NCBI RefSeq assembly: GCF_001194135.2
Contig: NC_068996.1
Span: forward strand, 5,118,619-5,173,376
Length of the DNA stretch: 54,758 nt
Source: Octopus bimaculoides
Taxonomy: Eukaryota
Direction of reading: 5' to 3'
Part shown: positions 24,604-38,607 of the stretch, piece by piece
Layout: the number at the start of each line of letters is the position of its first letter
Position numbering within the stretch: the first letter of the stretch is position 1
Notes under the pieces: model-generated
What the model saw: the letters and a program-made list of their open reading frames with translations, nothing else
What the model was told of the DNA's origin: nothing
Databases searched by the model: none
Translations under genes and position numbers: made by a program

Positions 24604-24642
24604 TGTAAGATGTAAAAATAAGAACGCTTTTAATGATGATGA

Positions 24643-24673
<31 letters not shown>

Positions 24674-25595
24674 AATGATGACGATGATGATGATGATGAT
24701 GATGACGATAACGACGACGACGACGACGATAATGGTGATGATGATAATAACAATTATTGTTCTCATTTTTTTATATTCTTATAATTATTTTAACATGAAG
24801 AAAATTACTTTTAATAACAAAATAAATAGACAAATAATATATAAATCATGTCTTTTGTTGTCCCCTTGTTTGAAAAAAGAAAATGAACAGTTAAGAATGA
24901 CATATTTTACATCTCCTTCTCCTCCTCCTCATCATCATCATTATCACTATGATCATCATCACCCGTCACGATTGTTATCAACTCTTCATCAGCGTCATCA
25001 TCACCATCATAAATTATCATTATTATCATATTTTAATCAACGATTCCACCTCGTTCGCCGTCATCACCAACGTGTAATCTAATAGATAGGTTGATATAGG
25101 GGTGGAGCATGGCATAAGTGAAAGGTAGGCCGGATGGTTTGATTCAAAGATAAACAATGAGGAAATAAGTGAGTGCTAACATATTTTATTAATGAGCTCC
25201 ATCCTCACTATGCACACACATAAATAAAACGCATATAAACACACACGCACACACACACAAATTTTTTCCTCAGAATTTCATCCGCAATTAAAAGAAAACC
25301 GAACAACAATCGGTGTTAATGATTAGTTTTTATAAGGAAGTCAAGGGGCACAACTTCGATGTATAAAATGATTAAAACGATATAATGTGCGTTTAGTATT
25401 CAAACTACAGGTAGTATAGGCAAATTTATCAGGAAAAGAAGAAATAATGCGACTTATTATGTCAGGCGGAACCAAGTTGCTAAAATGTGTTTTTTCAGAC
25501 AAATTGAAAATTGACAGCTCAACAATTCAACCATTCTCGCTCCTTCTTTCTAAGCAGAAGCGTAAGAATAATACATATACACACATACACACGCA

Positions 25596-25641
<46 letters not shown>

Positions 25642-25799
25642 CGTACACACACACGTACACACACAAACAACCAAACAAACAAACAATAAAATACCAAGCA
25701 TTTATTTGATTCTCTTGTTTGTTTCGCGCGTAACAAATCGGATAAATTTGCTTTCGAACTACATCTGTATTTGTGTGTGTGGTGCATGTGTGTACGTGT

Positions 25800-25835
<36 letters not shown>

Positions 25836-26159
25836 GTGAGTGTATGTACGTGTTTGTTTTGTATGTGTGTGTGTGTGCATCTATACATCTATATACATAC
25901 ATATATATGCTATCGTGTGTGTACATACATACATGCAAACTCACACTTTCTTCTTATCATCCTCAATCTCAGTCTCTCTCTCTTTCTTTGTCTCTCTCTC
26001 TCTCTCTCTCATTCTATTTTTCTGGCTGTGTGACTTATACCTGTCATTCTTTCTAGGCAGCCCTTTGCCCCACCCCCACCCCCACCGCGTTCCTTATTTG
26101 TACATACCTATCTCCCTAGATATGCCTGACTGTATGTCTGACTAGATATATATGTAACT

Positions 26160-26612
26160 ATATATGCATATATGTATGAATATATGTATGTATATATGTA
26201 GATATATAAGTATGTATGTGTGTGTGTGTGTTGTGTTTATACATGCGTTTATTTATGTATGTATGTATGTATGTATGTATGTGTGTATGTATGTACGTAT
26301 GTATGTATGTATGTATGTATGCATGCATGTATGTATGTATGTATGTATGTATGCATGCATGTATGTATGTGTGTATGTATGTATGTATGTATGTATGCAT
26401 GCATGTATGTATGTATGCATGTATGTATGCATGCATGTATGTATGTGTGTATGTATGTATGTATGTATGTATGCATGCATGTATGTATGTGTGTATGTAT
26501 GTATGTATGTATGTATGCATGTATGTATGTATGCATGCATGTATGTATGTATGTATGTATGTATGTATGCATGCATGTATGTATGTGTGTATGTATGTAT
26601 GTATGTATGTAT
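26160..26612. repeat. (TATG)n array with TGCA/TGTG variant units
   Basis: Direct reading. Confidence 0.95.
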
Positions 26613-27064
26613 TTGTGAATGACTTTAAACTGCAGTCAGTAGTGAGACCCTTTAATGGGAGTTCTAGGATTCTGAAGAGAGTAGCACGAACTCCTAGTCA
26701 CTGTCGTTCCCAGGTTTATTCTGACCAGGAATAGTAGCACCTGTTAGGGTCCCAGGTATGCGTTAGCTAGCAGGTGATCTCATGGGCCTTAAGGACCCTT
26801 AGTTTTCGTTAGAACTTCTTTCTAGAAGAAAGTAAATTCGTATGAAAAGAAAACAAAAAAAGGAGATACCTGAAGAGAAATTGGTTAATAGTCGTGTCAA
26901 CGTCTGTTGTGTCACTGGTTTTGTGGGACTCATTCCTGAGAAACACGTTATCTATTCAAAACAAATTCACGCATTGGAACTTCTCGGAAACGTGAAACGT
27001 TTGCGAAGACTTGCTGGGTGTAGAAAATGTATTTTAAAAAAAAAATTTAAAAAAAAAAAAAACA

Positions 27065-27226
27065 AGGCGGCGAGCTGGAAGAAGCGTTAGCACGCCGGGC
27101 GAAATGCTTACCGGTATCTTCTTCTTCTTCTTCTTCTTCTTCTTCTTCTTCTTCTTCTTCTTCTTCTTCTTCTTCTTCTTCTTCTTCTTCTTCTTCTTCT
27201 TCTTCTTCTTCTTCTTCTTCTTCTTC
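27065..27226 (+). mobile_element. SINE B head only, fused to (TTC)n
   Basis: AGGCGGCGAGCTGGAAGAAGCGTTAGCACGCCGGGCGAAATGCTTACCGGTAT then (CTT)n. Confidence 0.75.
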
Positions 27227-28849
27227 TGTTCTTCTACTTCCTCGCTTCATCCTCGTTCCCTTCTCTTTATCCTCACACTTCCATCATCACCCATATTACC
27301 ACCACCATTATTACCACCATCTCACTACTACAAGTACTGTTGCTGCTACTGCCGCTGCTGCCTCTATGTTGTTATTGCTATACTTCTTTATCTCTATTTC
27401 TACATTTTCTTCATCCAATGTCTCTATTATCACTTCTGACTAATCAGTGGCGTTTCTCGAACCTTTTAGCATTCAAACCAGCCAAATGTTTAATCCCAAT
27501 TTTCTATCTATGTTATGTTCACATTAACCACATTCAACTTCTTATACCTATCCTACCATGCCATTCTAGAAATAAATAATCACATCATCAAAATGTCAGA
27601 GCTACAAGATAATGCTTGGTCAATCCAAACGCCAAAACAATGTGAATAAATAAGGATTAAAGTTAGCAGAGCAATATGAATGCTAAACGGCTAGTATACG
27701 CTGCATTGGAAATTTCTGATGAGGAAACAAATCGTGCAGTATGTATATTGTATTGTACACATTTTTGTATAACCGAATAGAACTTGAAATAAAATTTCTA
27801 CGTAATTTGATATAATATAGAGTAAAGATTTTCACAAATATTCTCTCAAAGCGTTTCAAAGAAAAACTTTGCTATCATGTATGTTTAATGAAAACAATTG
27901 AGTAAAGGTGTAATAATAAGTGAACGTTTTCACCATACTTTTTTCTCGCTAACATATCTAAAATCGGAAGATTGCACAGGATGGACCAGCAGTCAAGGAA
28001 TATATAAATGCAGTTTGTGCAACAGCTGAAGCCACCAGATTATTTCAGCAGTTTGCAATAGCGTCTCTTTGTATTTTTTTGTATCAATTCGAGCCCTTAT
28101 CATTAATAAACGAAAGATCATCATCATCATCATCATCGTCGTCGTCATCATCATCATCATTGACTCTCGTTGTGTTGAGATACTTCTTTTTTTCGCCCTC
28201 CGTGGCATGACGTCATTGAAACATTACAAATTGAAAATTTGTTTGGAGTTCTTACTGAAAAAGGAAGATTTCACTTACAGAAAGATTGGTTCCCGATAGC
28301 TGGAGTTAAAGAAAAGAGGTCTGTTTTTACAGAATCTAATTTGTTTTCATATTAATTACTACATTCCGTATAATAACGTCCGGCAGATAAGCCCGCTGTA
28401 GAAAGCAAAATATTACAAGAAGAAATAAAATAAAAACGACAGCAGAATAACAAACAGCACCACGGTACGGAAAAAGGTTATGATAATGAACATGTTAATG
28501 AACAATTAACATCTGGAAACAATATTCCTCACTGTCCAATAAATAATTTGAAGACAGCAATAAGTGGCAACAGTTGTAGAAAGGCATACATATTAAATCA
28601 GACATGTTATTTTAAAGGTAGTTTTGTCTTTTTCATTACACAAGCAGAATTTTGGATTTAAAACAATTTCCAGTCGACATTAATTGGACGAGTTTTGTAG
28701 AACCAGTTATATTCTAGTTGCTGTGGGATCTAATCCAAGAGAGAGAAAAGGTAATTATATCTTTGTTTTGAAAAAGATGGTGGTAGTATCCAATTACCAT
28801 CGAAAGAATGATTAGGACAAGTATTGCATGAAGTTATGGTACAATCAGT

Positions 28850-30140
28850 TGTACTTTCAAGAACGAATACTCAACCAAAGCGAAGGCTGAAATTGCTGGA
28901 TATAATTCAGCGGACACTGTTTGTTCCGGTATGCGGGATAGAGAAATACAAGGTCGTTGATAGGGCTATTTGAGACAATGTGGGTATGAAGTTGATCTTG
29001 GCTTTTTATCACAGAAGTTAGAGCAATGCTGACGAGAGGCAAAATATGATCAGTCCTAGTGAAAATGAATTTGCAAGTCCTAATGATGCCCAAGTGTCAC
29101 AAAGACATGGAAATTGTACCAAGACGAGAAGAGGGATATGATTACAAATTGTCACGTCTAAAGCCCTAGTTGCTACAAATATCTGAGTCAAAATCACTTT
29201 AGAGCTCTAGACACAATTGAGCTGACACTATGTTCCTCAAAGGTAGCATCCGGTAGCATTACTCCATTGTTGTGTGCAAGAGAAATATAATGGTTGCAGG
29301 GAAAAAGTATTGAAACATAGGGAGGAAACGCAAAAAGTAAAACGAGAAAGTACACATGAAAAGAGTAAATGGAGGTAAGGAAAAGCGTTCTCTTCAAAAC
29401 AAAAATGATGTCTTTTCTTTGAATAATGATAACGTCGATAAAGAAAAGGATAAAGAAAAGGATAAAGAAATGAGATTTATAAGATTCACTGTCGTTCGAC
29501 GTTCAAACCGACGCTAATATACAAAACTGCATATATGTATAGTCTTTGAGATTGTGATGAAGCAAAATTAACAGATACCTTGTTGGTGTTGGAACAGGAA
29601 AGAAAAGAACAAAAGAAAGTACAAAGACATTACAAGCGACTATCATAGCAACGTGGGTGCTCATCTTATATGCTTTCGGTATTCTGTGATCACGTCTTTC
29701 ACACTGCTCCTTTGTTGAATGATTTAATTTCGAGAAAAGCTTTAGCAATGGTATTCTTAGCAGGAATTTTGACATGGCCCTTTGTGTCGTAATTCATCGA
29801 CGTTCTTCCCTTTCCGTCGTAGCCCATCTTGGAGAACAAGCCAAAGGATACAAGCCGCTTCTGTGCACCACTTTCGTCGACTACAAAATGGTGCTCGCTA
29901 GTGTCGAGATAACGCAGTTCTGAAATTTCTGGAAATGCAACGTGTCGAGACGCACTAAACTGGTCAGGGATACGAACTCTAGATGCATCGCTGATAGAGT
30001 TTGCTCTCACCACGAGTAAGAGTTTCAATTGGAAAGAGTGTCAAAAGGGCGATACAATCTGTACAAAATTCTTCACCGCATGCCAAGAAATGAGCTTCGG
30101 GATAGTAAATGGACAGGGTGGAATGAAAATCAACACACCC
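28850..30140 (+). mobile_element. Ancient RTE-clade LINE fossil (end of APE domain and RT)
   Basis: Manual translation YKPLLCTTFVDYKMVLASVE (cf. PLCLAFVDYEKAFDSVE), QKGDTICTKFFTAC (cf. RQGDTISPKLFTAC), KDMEIVPRREEGYDYKL (cf. DV.V.P....GSDHRL). Confidence 0.65.
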
Positions 30141-30348
30141 GATATATAAATATGTGTGTGAGCCTCTGTGTATGTGTGTGTGTGTATTTATACATCTATA
30201 TACATATATATGCTATGCGTGTATACACACGCATGCACACAGACACACACAGGCACACACAGACACATACAGACACATATATACATATGTATACGTGTGT
30301 ATATATCCATATAAATGTATGGAAATGTGAGAAAGTATGTATGACAGT

Positions 30349-30690
30349 GAAGGCGCATGGCTCAGTACTTAGAGCATCAGGCTCACAATCATAAGGTAGT
30401 GAGTTCGATTCCCGGACTGGACTGTGTGTTGCATTCTTGAGCAAGACACACTATTTCCACGTAGCCCCAGTCCACTCATATGTAGAAATGAGTTGTGTCA
30501 TCACCGGTGCCAAGCCCTGTCAGCCTTTGCCTTTCCCTTGGATAACATTGGAGGTATGGAGAGAGGAGGCTGGAGTGCATGAGCGACTGCCGGTATTCCA
30601 TGAACCAACCTTGCCCGGACTTGTGCCTCGGAGGGTAACTTTCTAGGTGCAATCCCATGGTTATTCATGACTGAGGTGGGTCTTTACCCT
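30349..30690 (+). mobile_element. tRNA-derived SINE family C (CORE-like), full length
   Basis: A box TGGCTCAGTACTTAG at 30358-30372, B box GAGTTCGATTCC at 30401-30412, TTCTTGAGCAAGACAC core. Confidence 0.8.
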
Positions 30691-30799
30691 ATATGTATAA
30701 TAGATAGATGTAATAGTATATCACGCAGCAGGCATTTTTTGCTTTTTATATATACACACATATGTATATATATGTATTATAATATTAAAAAAAAAATTA

Positions 30800-31018
30800 T
30801 GGTGGCGGGCTGGCAGAAACGTTAACACACCGGACAAAATGTTTAGCGACATTTCGTCTGTTTTTATGTTCTGAGTTGAAATTCGTTCGAGATGGACTCT
30901 GCCCTTCATCATACCTGTGTCGATAAAATAAGTATAAATCAAGTGTTGAGGCCGAAGCAATCGACTGGTCTCCCCCTTTCCTCATAAACCGCTGGCCCTA
31001 TGCCGAAATTTGAAACCG
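30800..31018 (+). mobile_element. SINE family B
   Basis: GGTGGCGGGCTGGCAGAAACGTTAAC head, core, AAATTTGAAACC tail. Confidence 0.8.
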
Positions 31019-31361
31019 TTACATGAAGAAAATAATTTAACGTTGCTGTTGAAAGTTAAACAAAATGGATACACAAAATGTACTCTCGCTCAGTGGAGAG
31101 AGAAAGGAATCCTCCAATATAGGGTAAAGGAAGATTATTATGGCAAATGGTATGTTTATCAATAATGTAAAAAGAACGGTCTCCCTAGCACAGGAATTAC
31201 GGCACTTTTATACTATTCTATCGAAGTAACGAAATCGTAACTTTTGTTTTAATTGAAAACGTAAAATCGAACAAAAAGCAAACTTTTGTACTTTTATTTT
31301 ATGTTGTAATTTTGTATTGTTTAATTGTTATTCACGTTGATGTTGGTGATGTTGATGATAT

Positions 31362-31418
<57 letters not shown>

Positions 31419-31582
31419 CGACGACGCTGTCGATATCGTTGTTGTGCGTTTTTGCTTGTTTTGTTTGATTTTCGTTTCTGTTTTCGGGAGTTTTTTTTTT
31501 TTGTAATGTTTTTCTTTTTCGGTTTTTGTTTTCTTTCAAAATGAAGGCGTGAAGACGTTCAATGAATTATAGAAGACATTGA

Positions 31583-31687
<105 letters not shown>

Positions 31688-31932
31688 GCGATTTTAATGG
31701 TGAATTTTGAGAAACGTTGGGTAGTTAAGATGTCATATTGGTGTGTCAGAGATTCATAGGTCGATGTATAGAACTTGTTCTGCTGGACATGTCGTCAAAG
31801 GTAATCTGCATTGTTTACATGTCTCATAGCTTAGTATGAGTCTAGTGTGTGCGTTTATATATGTATGCGTATACATATATATATATATGTATATGTATAT
31901 ATGCTTATAAGTACCATATGTATATACACATA

Positions 31933-32028
<96 letters not shown>

Positions 32029-33166
32029 AATGAAAAAGAAAAAGTACGTTCAGATCAGAAAGAAAAAAAAAAACAAAGAAGAAAAAGATACAGGGAAAAA
32101 GAAAATAATAATGTGAACGAAGTTTGATAGAAAAATCTGGAACAAAGAGAGACAGACAAAAATGAAGAATAAGAGGAGAACATGAAGAATAAGAGAAGAA
32201 TGAAAGAAAAAAATGAATATCAGAATAAAAAGAAATAATAAATATAAACAGTTTGAAAAAGAAAAAAAAGTTCGTTTAATTGCTTTTTGGGGTATTGAGG
32301 ACTGTCAATGTTTCTATTGTGAAATAGCAAGAAGTTGCAAAGTATTGGTGAACTGAAGATGTTGAATGACAGGTGTCTTAATTGTAAAAGTCTTATTATA
32401 GAACAGGGAAAACGAATCGGTTAAAATGTGTTTGTGAAATGTTTTTTAACTTAAGAGTAACAACGATCATAAGTCAATAAAGAACATAAAAAGCTTCTCT
32501 CACTGAAAAACACTCGAGTCTTACTACTCAATTATCCTTCTTCTTTCTCTCGCACGCGCTCATTATCTTCAAAAAAATTTTTTTCCACTCCCACTGTCAC
32601 TCATATATGTATGCGTAAGTTTTTATATGCATATATATTTATACGTGTATGTGTATGTGTGTGTGTATGTGAATCTATGCGTGTGTACATTTATGCTTTG
32701 TATGCATGTGACTGTGTATGCATATGTGTGTACATATGTTTGCGTATACATGTTAGCACAAACACAGATATATAAATGCGCATATGCTGGCAAACATGCG
32801 TATATTCATATAAACATATGTATACACACATGTACATATACATATATTTATATATATATTTATATATANNNNNNNNNNNNNNNNNNNNNNNNNNNNNNNN
32901 NNNNNNNNNNNNNNNNNNNNNNNNNNNNNNNNNNNNNNNNNNNNNNNNNNNNNNNNNNNNNNNNNNNNNNNNNNNNNNNNNNNNNNNNNNNNNNNNNNNN
33001 NNNNNNNNNNNNNNNNNNNNNNNNNNNNNNNNNNNNNNNNNNNNNNNNNNNNNNNNNNNNNNNNNNNNNNNNNNNNNNNNNNNNNNNNNNNNNNNNNNTA
33101 TATATATATATATAGGTATATATAAGTATATATAAATGTATGCATGTGTAGATATATACATACCTA

Positions 33167-33205
<39 letters not shown>

Positions 33206-33920
33206 GGTGGTGAGAGAGAGGAAGAGAGTGAGGCGGAGAGAAAGATGTAGATCATAGATGAAAGAGAGAGACAAAGAGGAAGGCCCTATCTTCCGCCATT
33301 TTCAACTTTTCTCCCTCTTTCTTTCTCTATCTCTTTCCTTTTCTACCATCTTTCACACTTTACCATATTCTCTCTTCCTCTCTCAATTCTTTTCAACACC
33401 TCTTATTCTCTGAATCAATCTATAAATTTTACTCTAATAATTTTGTTCACTATTCCTGTACTAATTGTCCTGCATTTTTCCTTTCCTTCGTTTCTTTAAC
33501 TCAATCTCTTTAACTCAATCAATTTCTGTCTCTCTGTCTCTCACTTCCCCTCTCTCTCTCTCTCTCTCTCTCACGCTCCCTCTCCCTCTCTCTCTTTCTC
33601 TATTTTTAACCATCCTTCTGTTTTAGTCTAATGTATACGTATACATACCCGGTCTTTTAAACAGACTTTTGAGGTTGGAACATAGGACATGATATTTATA
33701 TACAAATATATTTACATGCACACGTACATACACATACCCAAATATATATATATATATAAGTGGCAAAGGGGTATGTATGTATATTTATATATGCATGTAC
33801 GTATCGGTCTAAGTACAAAGCGTTCCTATGGCCTCACAGAAGAGAGGAATACATTGTTTAAGTGTGTATAGAACGGGAAAAGACGTAAGAGAGGAAGTGA
33901 AATAGAGGAAATGCAATAAA

Positions 33921-33952
33921 GATAGATAGATAGATACATAGATAGATAGATG

Positions 33953-34038
<86 letters not shown>

Positions 34039-34039
34039 C
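33921..34039. repeat. (GATA)n microsatellite
   Basis: Direct reading. Confidence 0.95.
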
Positions 34040-34411
34040 AGATCAAATGTGACAGGGATAGACACTCAGAGACACGGTGAGAAGTAAATTGATGGAAAAA
34101 CTTCACAAATTATTAAAGCATGGGTGTGCACCATTGCAGATGAACATATGTATATGTGTGTGTATGTGCGTGTTTGCGTGCGTGAGTGTGTATGTGTGCA
34201 ATACTGCATTTGGGCCAGTTCGAAGGTTTGCTATTCTAGATTTTCCAGGGCATGCAACCAGTTCTTCAGACAAACACATGCCCTTCAACCCAGTTTGACA
34301 TGTCTGAAGAAGCGAATGCATGCAGTGGTAATTCCAATGTAACAGTCCACATGAGTGTTCTGTACAAGGAAACATACATACATATATGCCTATATGTGAT
34401 TATTTACGCAT

Positions 34412-34473
<62 letters not shown>

Positions 34474-35102
34474 CATACCACACCACATACACACACACAC
34501 ATATGCCTGTCCGTGAGAGAAAGTGCAGTGGAAATTGTAAACTGTACCTGAATTTATAATAACTTTTTAACTTTGATGGCAAATTTACAATGGTTTGTTG
34601 AATTTCTTCTATTGAACAGACAAATTACATGCTGGCCGCAAAACTCAACGAAAGTGTGATTATTTTTATAAAAGCTAAAACATTCTTATTAAGTTGGTCT
34701 TGAAATGAAAATCAACACCCATGACCTTTGTCTATAGAAAGTAATGAGATTGCTGCACCCAACGTTTTTCCTCAATATCTGTCGCAAATGTCGTCAAGGA
34801 GGGAGTCGTGGATCTTTGGATGCAATTAACTAAGTGAACTACCCTTATTGCACTCGGAAGCTAAATGGTGACTTTAAACGAGACGTATGATGTTAGAGCT
34901 ATAACACAAAGGTTTGAAAAGGCACCAGTCAGGTGGAGACATGTTCACAACATATTGAACGCCCTTAAATGATAGCGGAAGACCAAGTGACTAAGTTAAA
35001 AAGGATGGTGATTTATATCTTCCGCACAAAAATAGGACCCAGGAGTGGTTTCTGGCTTGAATATCTCCAAGAGGAAGGGTGAAATAACGGCACTCAAATT
35101 CC

Positions 35103-35170
<68 letters not shown>

Positions 35171-35253
35171 CTGTATCTGTGTCTGTGTCTGTGTCTGTGT
35201 GTCTGTGTGTCTATGCGTTTGTCCCCCGTCACCATTACTTGACAACTGATGTT

Positions 35254-35303
<50 letters not shown>

Positions 35304-35435
35304 ATATTTTGGATCAAGGTTCAAAATTATTTTTGATCCACCATAAAAGCGAATCAAACAATTTTGCCCAAAAGCACTTCGGATCACTTACAATTCCACT
35401 ACATTTATGCAACAGTAAATAAGCTTGAAAAAGGG

Positions 35436-35597
35436 TGTTGTGTCGACGCCCCCAAGCGAAGAAGTAGGATCACCCAAGACATATAAATAGAGGTAGTCTA
35501 GCCGTGGTAGAGGTGTTGAGTAGCTGACGAGAAGCCGTCATGTAGCGGTTGAGTAGAGATCATCCGAAGGTGCTAGATAACAGTAGCTTGAGACATA
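35436..35597 (+). mobile_element. Solo LTR, copy 1 (162 bp)
   Basis: Starts TGTTGTGTC, TATAAATAG at 35482, ends GACATA (terminal ACA missing). 5-bp TSD AAGGG at 35431-35435 and 35598-35602. Homologous to 44617-44780. Confidence 0.75.
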
Positions 35598-35889
35598 AAG
35601 GGTGTATAAAAATCTATATCAGAGTAGCGAAATTTTGTCTGCGTTTTGTGAGAAACGATAGAGGAACGGATAATTATTTCCGCTGAATATTTAGTTCTAT
35701 ATTTATATGTTCTTGACGACAAATCGGTGAAGCCTTTCTTTCCCAAAAATCAAAGTAATATTGAAGCGTATCTGCCTTCAACCATGTATGTATGTGAATG
35801 CATGCGTGCATTGTACACATACAGGTGAGCCTCTGTGGCATTCTCCAATCAAAAATCCTTTCAATATTGGTTTAAATTTTAGGCAAAGG

Positions 35890-36080
35890 GTCAGAAATAT
35901 TGAGGTGGGAGGACTAGTCAATTACATAACCCCAATACTCAACTGGTGCCTGTTTATGGACCCCGAAAGAATGAAAGGCAAAATCGAACTCGGCAGAATT
36001 TGAACTCAGAACGTAAAGACGGACGAAATGCTGCGAAGCATTTTGCACGGAGCGTTAACGATTCTGCCAGCTAGTCGCTT
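35890..36080 (-). mobile_element. SINE family B
   Basis: GAAAGAATGAAAGGCAAAATCGAACTCGGCAGAATTTGAACTCAGAACG, the reverse complement of the family head and core. Confidence 0.8.
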
Positions 36081-36574
36081 CACATCCCTTCAATATTAAA
36101 ACGGTAGGACACATCAGATATTTCTACCATTATTATTGTTATTTTTGGTATTGTTAAAATCCAACCAAGGTCAACTATGCCTTTCATCCTTTGGGAATTG
36201 TTAAGATAAAGTGTTTTGTTTATACATATATATGCGTGCGTGTTTATACATGTATAGAAGCGTGTATGTGTATGNNNNNNNNNNNNNNNNNNNNNNNNNN
36301 NNNNNNNNNNNNNNNNNNNNNNNNNNNNNNNNNNNNNNNNNNNNNNNNNNNNNNNNNNNNNNNNNNNNNNNNNNNNNNNNNNNNNNNNNNNNNNNNNNNN
36401 NNNNNNNNNNNNNNNNNNNNNNNNNNNNNNNNNNNNNNNNNNNNNNNNNNNNNNNNNNNNNNNNNNNNNNNNNNNNNNNNNNNNNNNNNNNNNNNNNNNN
36501 NNNNNNNNNNNNNNNNNNNNNNNNNNNNNNNNNNNNNNNNNNNNNNNNNNNNNNNNNNNNNNNNNNNNNNNNNN

Positions 36575-36607
<33 letters not shown>

Positions 36608-38569
36608 GTATGTATGTATGTATGTATGTATGTATGTATGTATGTATGTATACGCGCATGCGTACGCTTGTGTGTCCCAAAACCGGCCAGATACACAATG
36701 CTTCATTCATAGTGTATATTGTAATTAACACCTAAGTAATTTATGTAGCAGTCTCCGGTGATATTCAAGGAACTCAACTCTTCCAAGATGAACTGAACCA
36801 CCAGAGGCTGAAAAGAAACCTTCTTCTAAGATGAACGTGGTCATAGATATATCTTCAGTGAATATCTGACCCATTATTACACACCACGTGCTTTTGTGCC
36901 TATCAAACTCTCAGAAATGTCTGAAAGATTATTCATTAACTACCTGTTTATTAGCCTACTAATCGATATATACATACAGACATATACATGCATGCATACA
37001 CACACGCAGACCCACACAGACACACTCACATACACGCACATATTGGTAATTAGTAAGGGATTTCTCCAAATGTTTATGCCGCATCGTTTTAATCTTAACT
37101 ATTATTATTATTTCTATATATATATTTGTGGATGTGTGGATGTGGATAAAGTTTTGATAACTTACATTTTTGCTCGTATTGGCCCTTGCCATGTCTAACT
37201 TAATAGTACCACCCGTATGTACATGTGTATGTATGCATCTATGTTTGTATGCATTTATGCTTGTATGCACGTATGTAAGTGTTTGTGTGTGTGGAGAGAG
37301 AGAGAGAGAGAGATGAAGATTAGTACTGGTGTTGGTATGATCCATTCTACACCTTAGGGTTTTAGGCCTTATCCCTATGCTATCAATCATAAATCATGTA
37401 TAATACAAGGAATTACTTTATTCATTACGGTGATCCCCTTTTAAGACAATTGGTTCACATTTAGGGGCGAATATATTTCTAGGTGGTCGTGATGTATATT
37501 TGCGTGTTTCTGTGCGCGTTTGTGCGTGTGTGTGTGTATGTATGTATATGTGTGTATGTGGGTTATATTGTTCGTGTGTGTGTTTGGTGGTTGGATATAT
37601 ACAAAATTTCTGAATGAATTATAACAGAAATTATGCATTGTTTTTGTTTTTATTACAAAGATTCCTATTGCTGCTCAGCTGAAAACGTTTAGTAATCGGG
37701 AACATTTAAACGTTATTATTACAGTTTAGGTAATTTGAAGCTATTTAGTAGTCTAACAATCATTGAATTATCAACTATTTACTCCAGGTAATTGCGATGT
37801 TCTTTGGCGGTGTCACTTGTTTTAGTGGTAATTGCTGACATGCAAAGTATTGTATAATTTTCCGCGACCTTATATTACTTTCTAGAAATATTCGTTTCTA
37901 ATGATAGAGACGAAAATGGGTGAGTTTGTAAATGTATTGGGGCTACTAGGCTTACGGGTAAATCAGTTCGCCTTCGGTGTAATAGAAAATACGCGCGCGC
38001 GCGCGTGTGTTGTGAAAATGCATGTGTGTGTGGGAAAATGCATGTGTGTTTATGTGTATGTGTTTTACTTGTTAAAACTTGTCCCTTCAATGTTTTCTTT
38101 TGTTTTGCGTTCATTACTTTCATTTTATGCATGTGTTTGTCTATAACAGTGTATGTATGTGGGTGTATGTATGTTTGTAAGTGTGCATGTATGTATGTAT
38201 GTTTGTATGTATGTATGTGTGTGTATGTATGTAGGTATGTTGGTAGGTAGGTAGGCACGTTTGTGTGTGTGTGTGTGTATGAATGAATATGTGCATGTAT
38301 GTATATGTGTATGTATGTAGGTATGTATGTATATCTGTGTGTATGTCTGTACGTATGTGTATCATGTATGTATGCATGTATGAATGTATGTATCTATGTA
38401 TGCATGCATGCATGCATGTGTGTATGTGTGTGAGTGTGTGTGCGTGTGTACGTGCGTGAGTGCGTGTGTGTATGTGTGTATGTGTGTGTATGTGTGCGTG
38501 CATGCATGTATGTGTGTGTGTGTATGTGTGCGTACATGTGTACGTCTGTGTGTGTGTGTGTGTGTGTGC

Positions 38570-38607
<38 letters not shown>

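Noticed and set aside
26664-26697. CTGAAGAG...GAAC hammerhead-like core
   Set aside because: GAAC instead of GAAA, no real stem II and no room for stem I.
27717-27730. CTGATGAGGAAAC hammerhead-like string
   Set aside because: No stem II between the core halves and no flanking stems.
17324-28215. Two perfect CRE palindromes TGACGTCA (17324, 28208)
   Set aside because: Two 8-mers in about 48 kb is compatible with chance, and there is no promoter context.
29699-30028. 109-aa minus-strand ORF with protein-like composition
   Set aside because: Antisense to the RTE reverse transcriptase fossil, begins at TTG, and has no recognisable motif.
30349-30420. Possible tRNA gene
   Set aside because: A and B boxes are present, but there is no cloverleaf acceptor stem and it continues into a SINE body.
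34700-35100. Unique stretch with short protein-like frames (e.g. ETYDVRAITQRFEKAPVRWRHVHNIL)
   Set aside because: Multiple stops in all frames and no motif or splice signals I can support.
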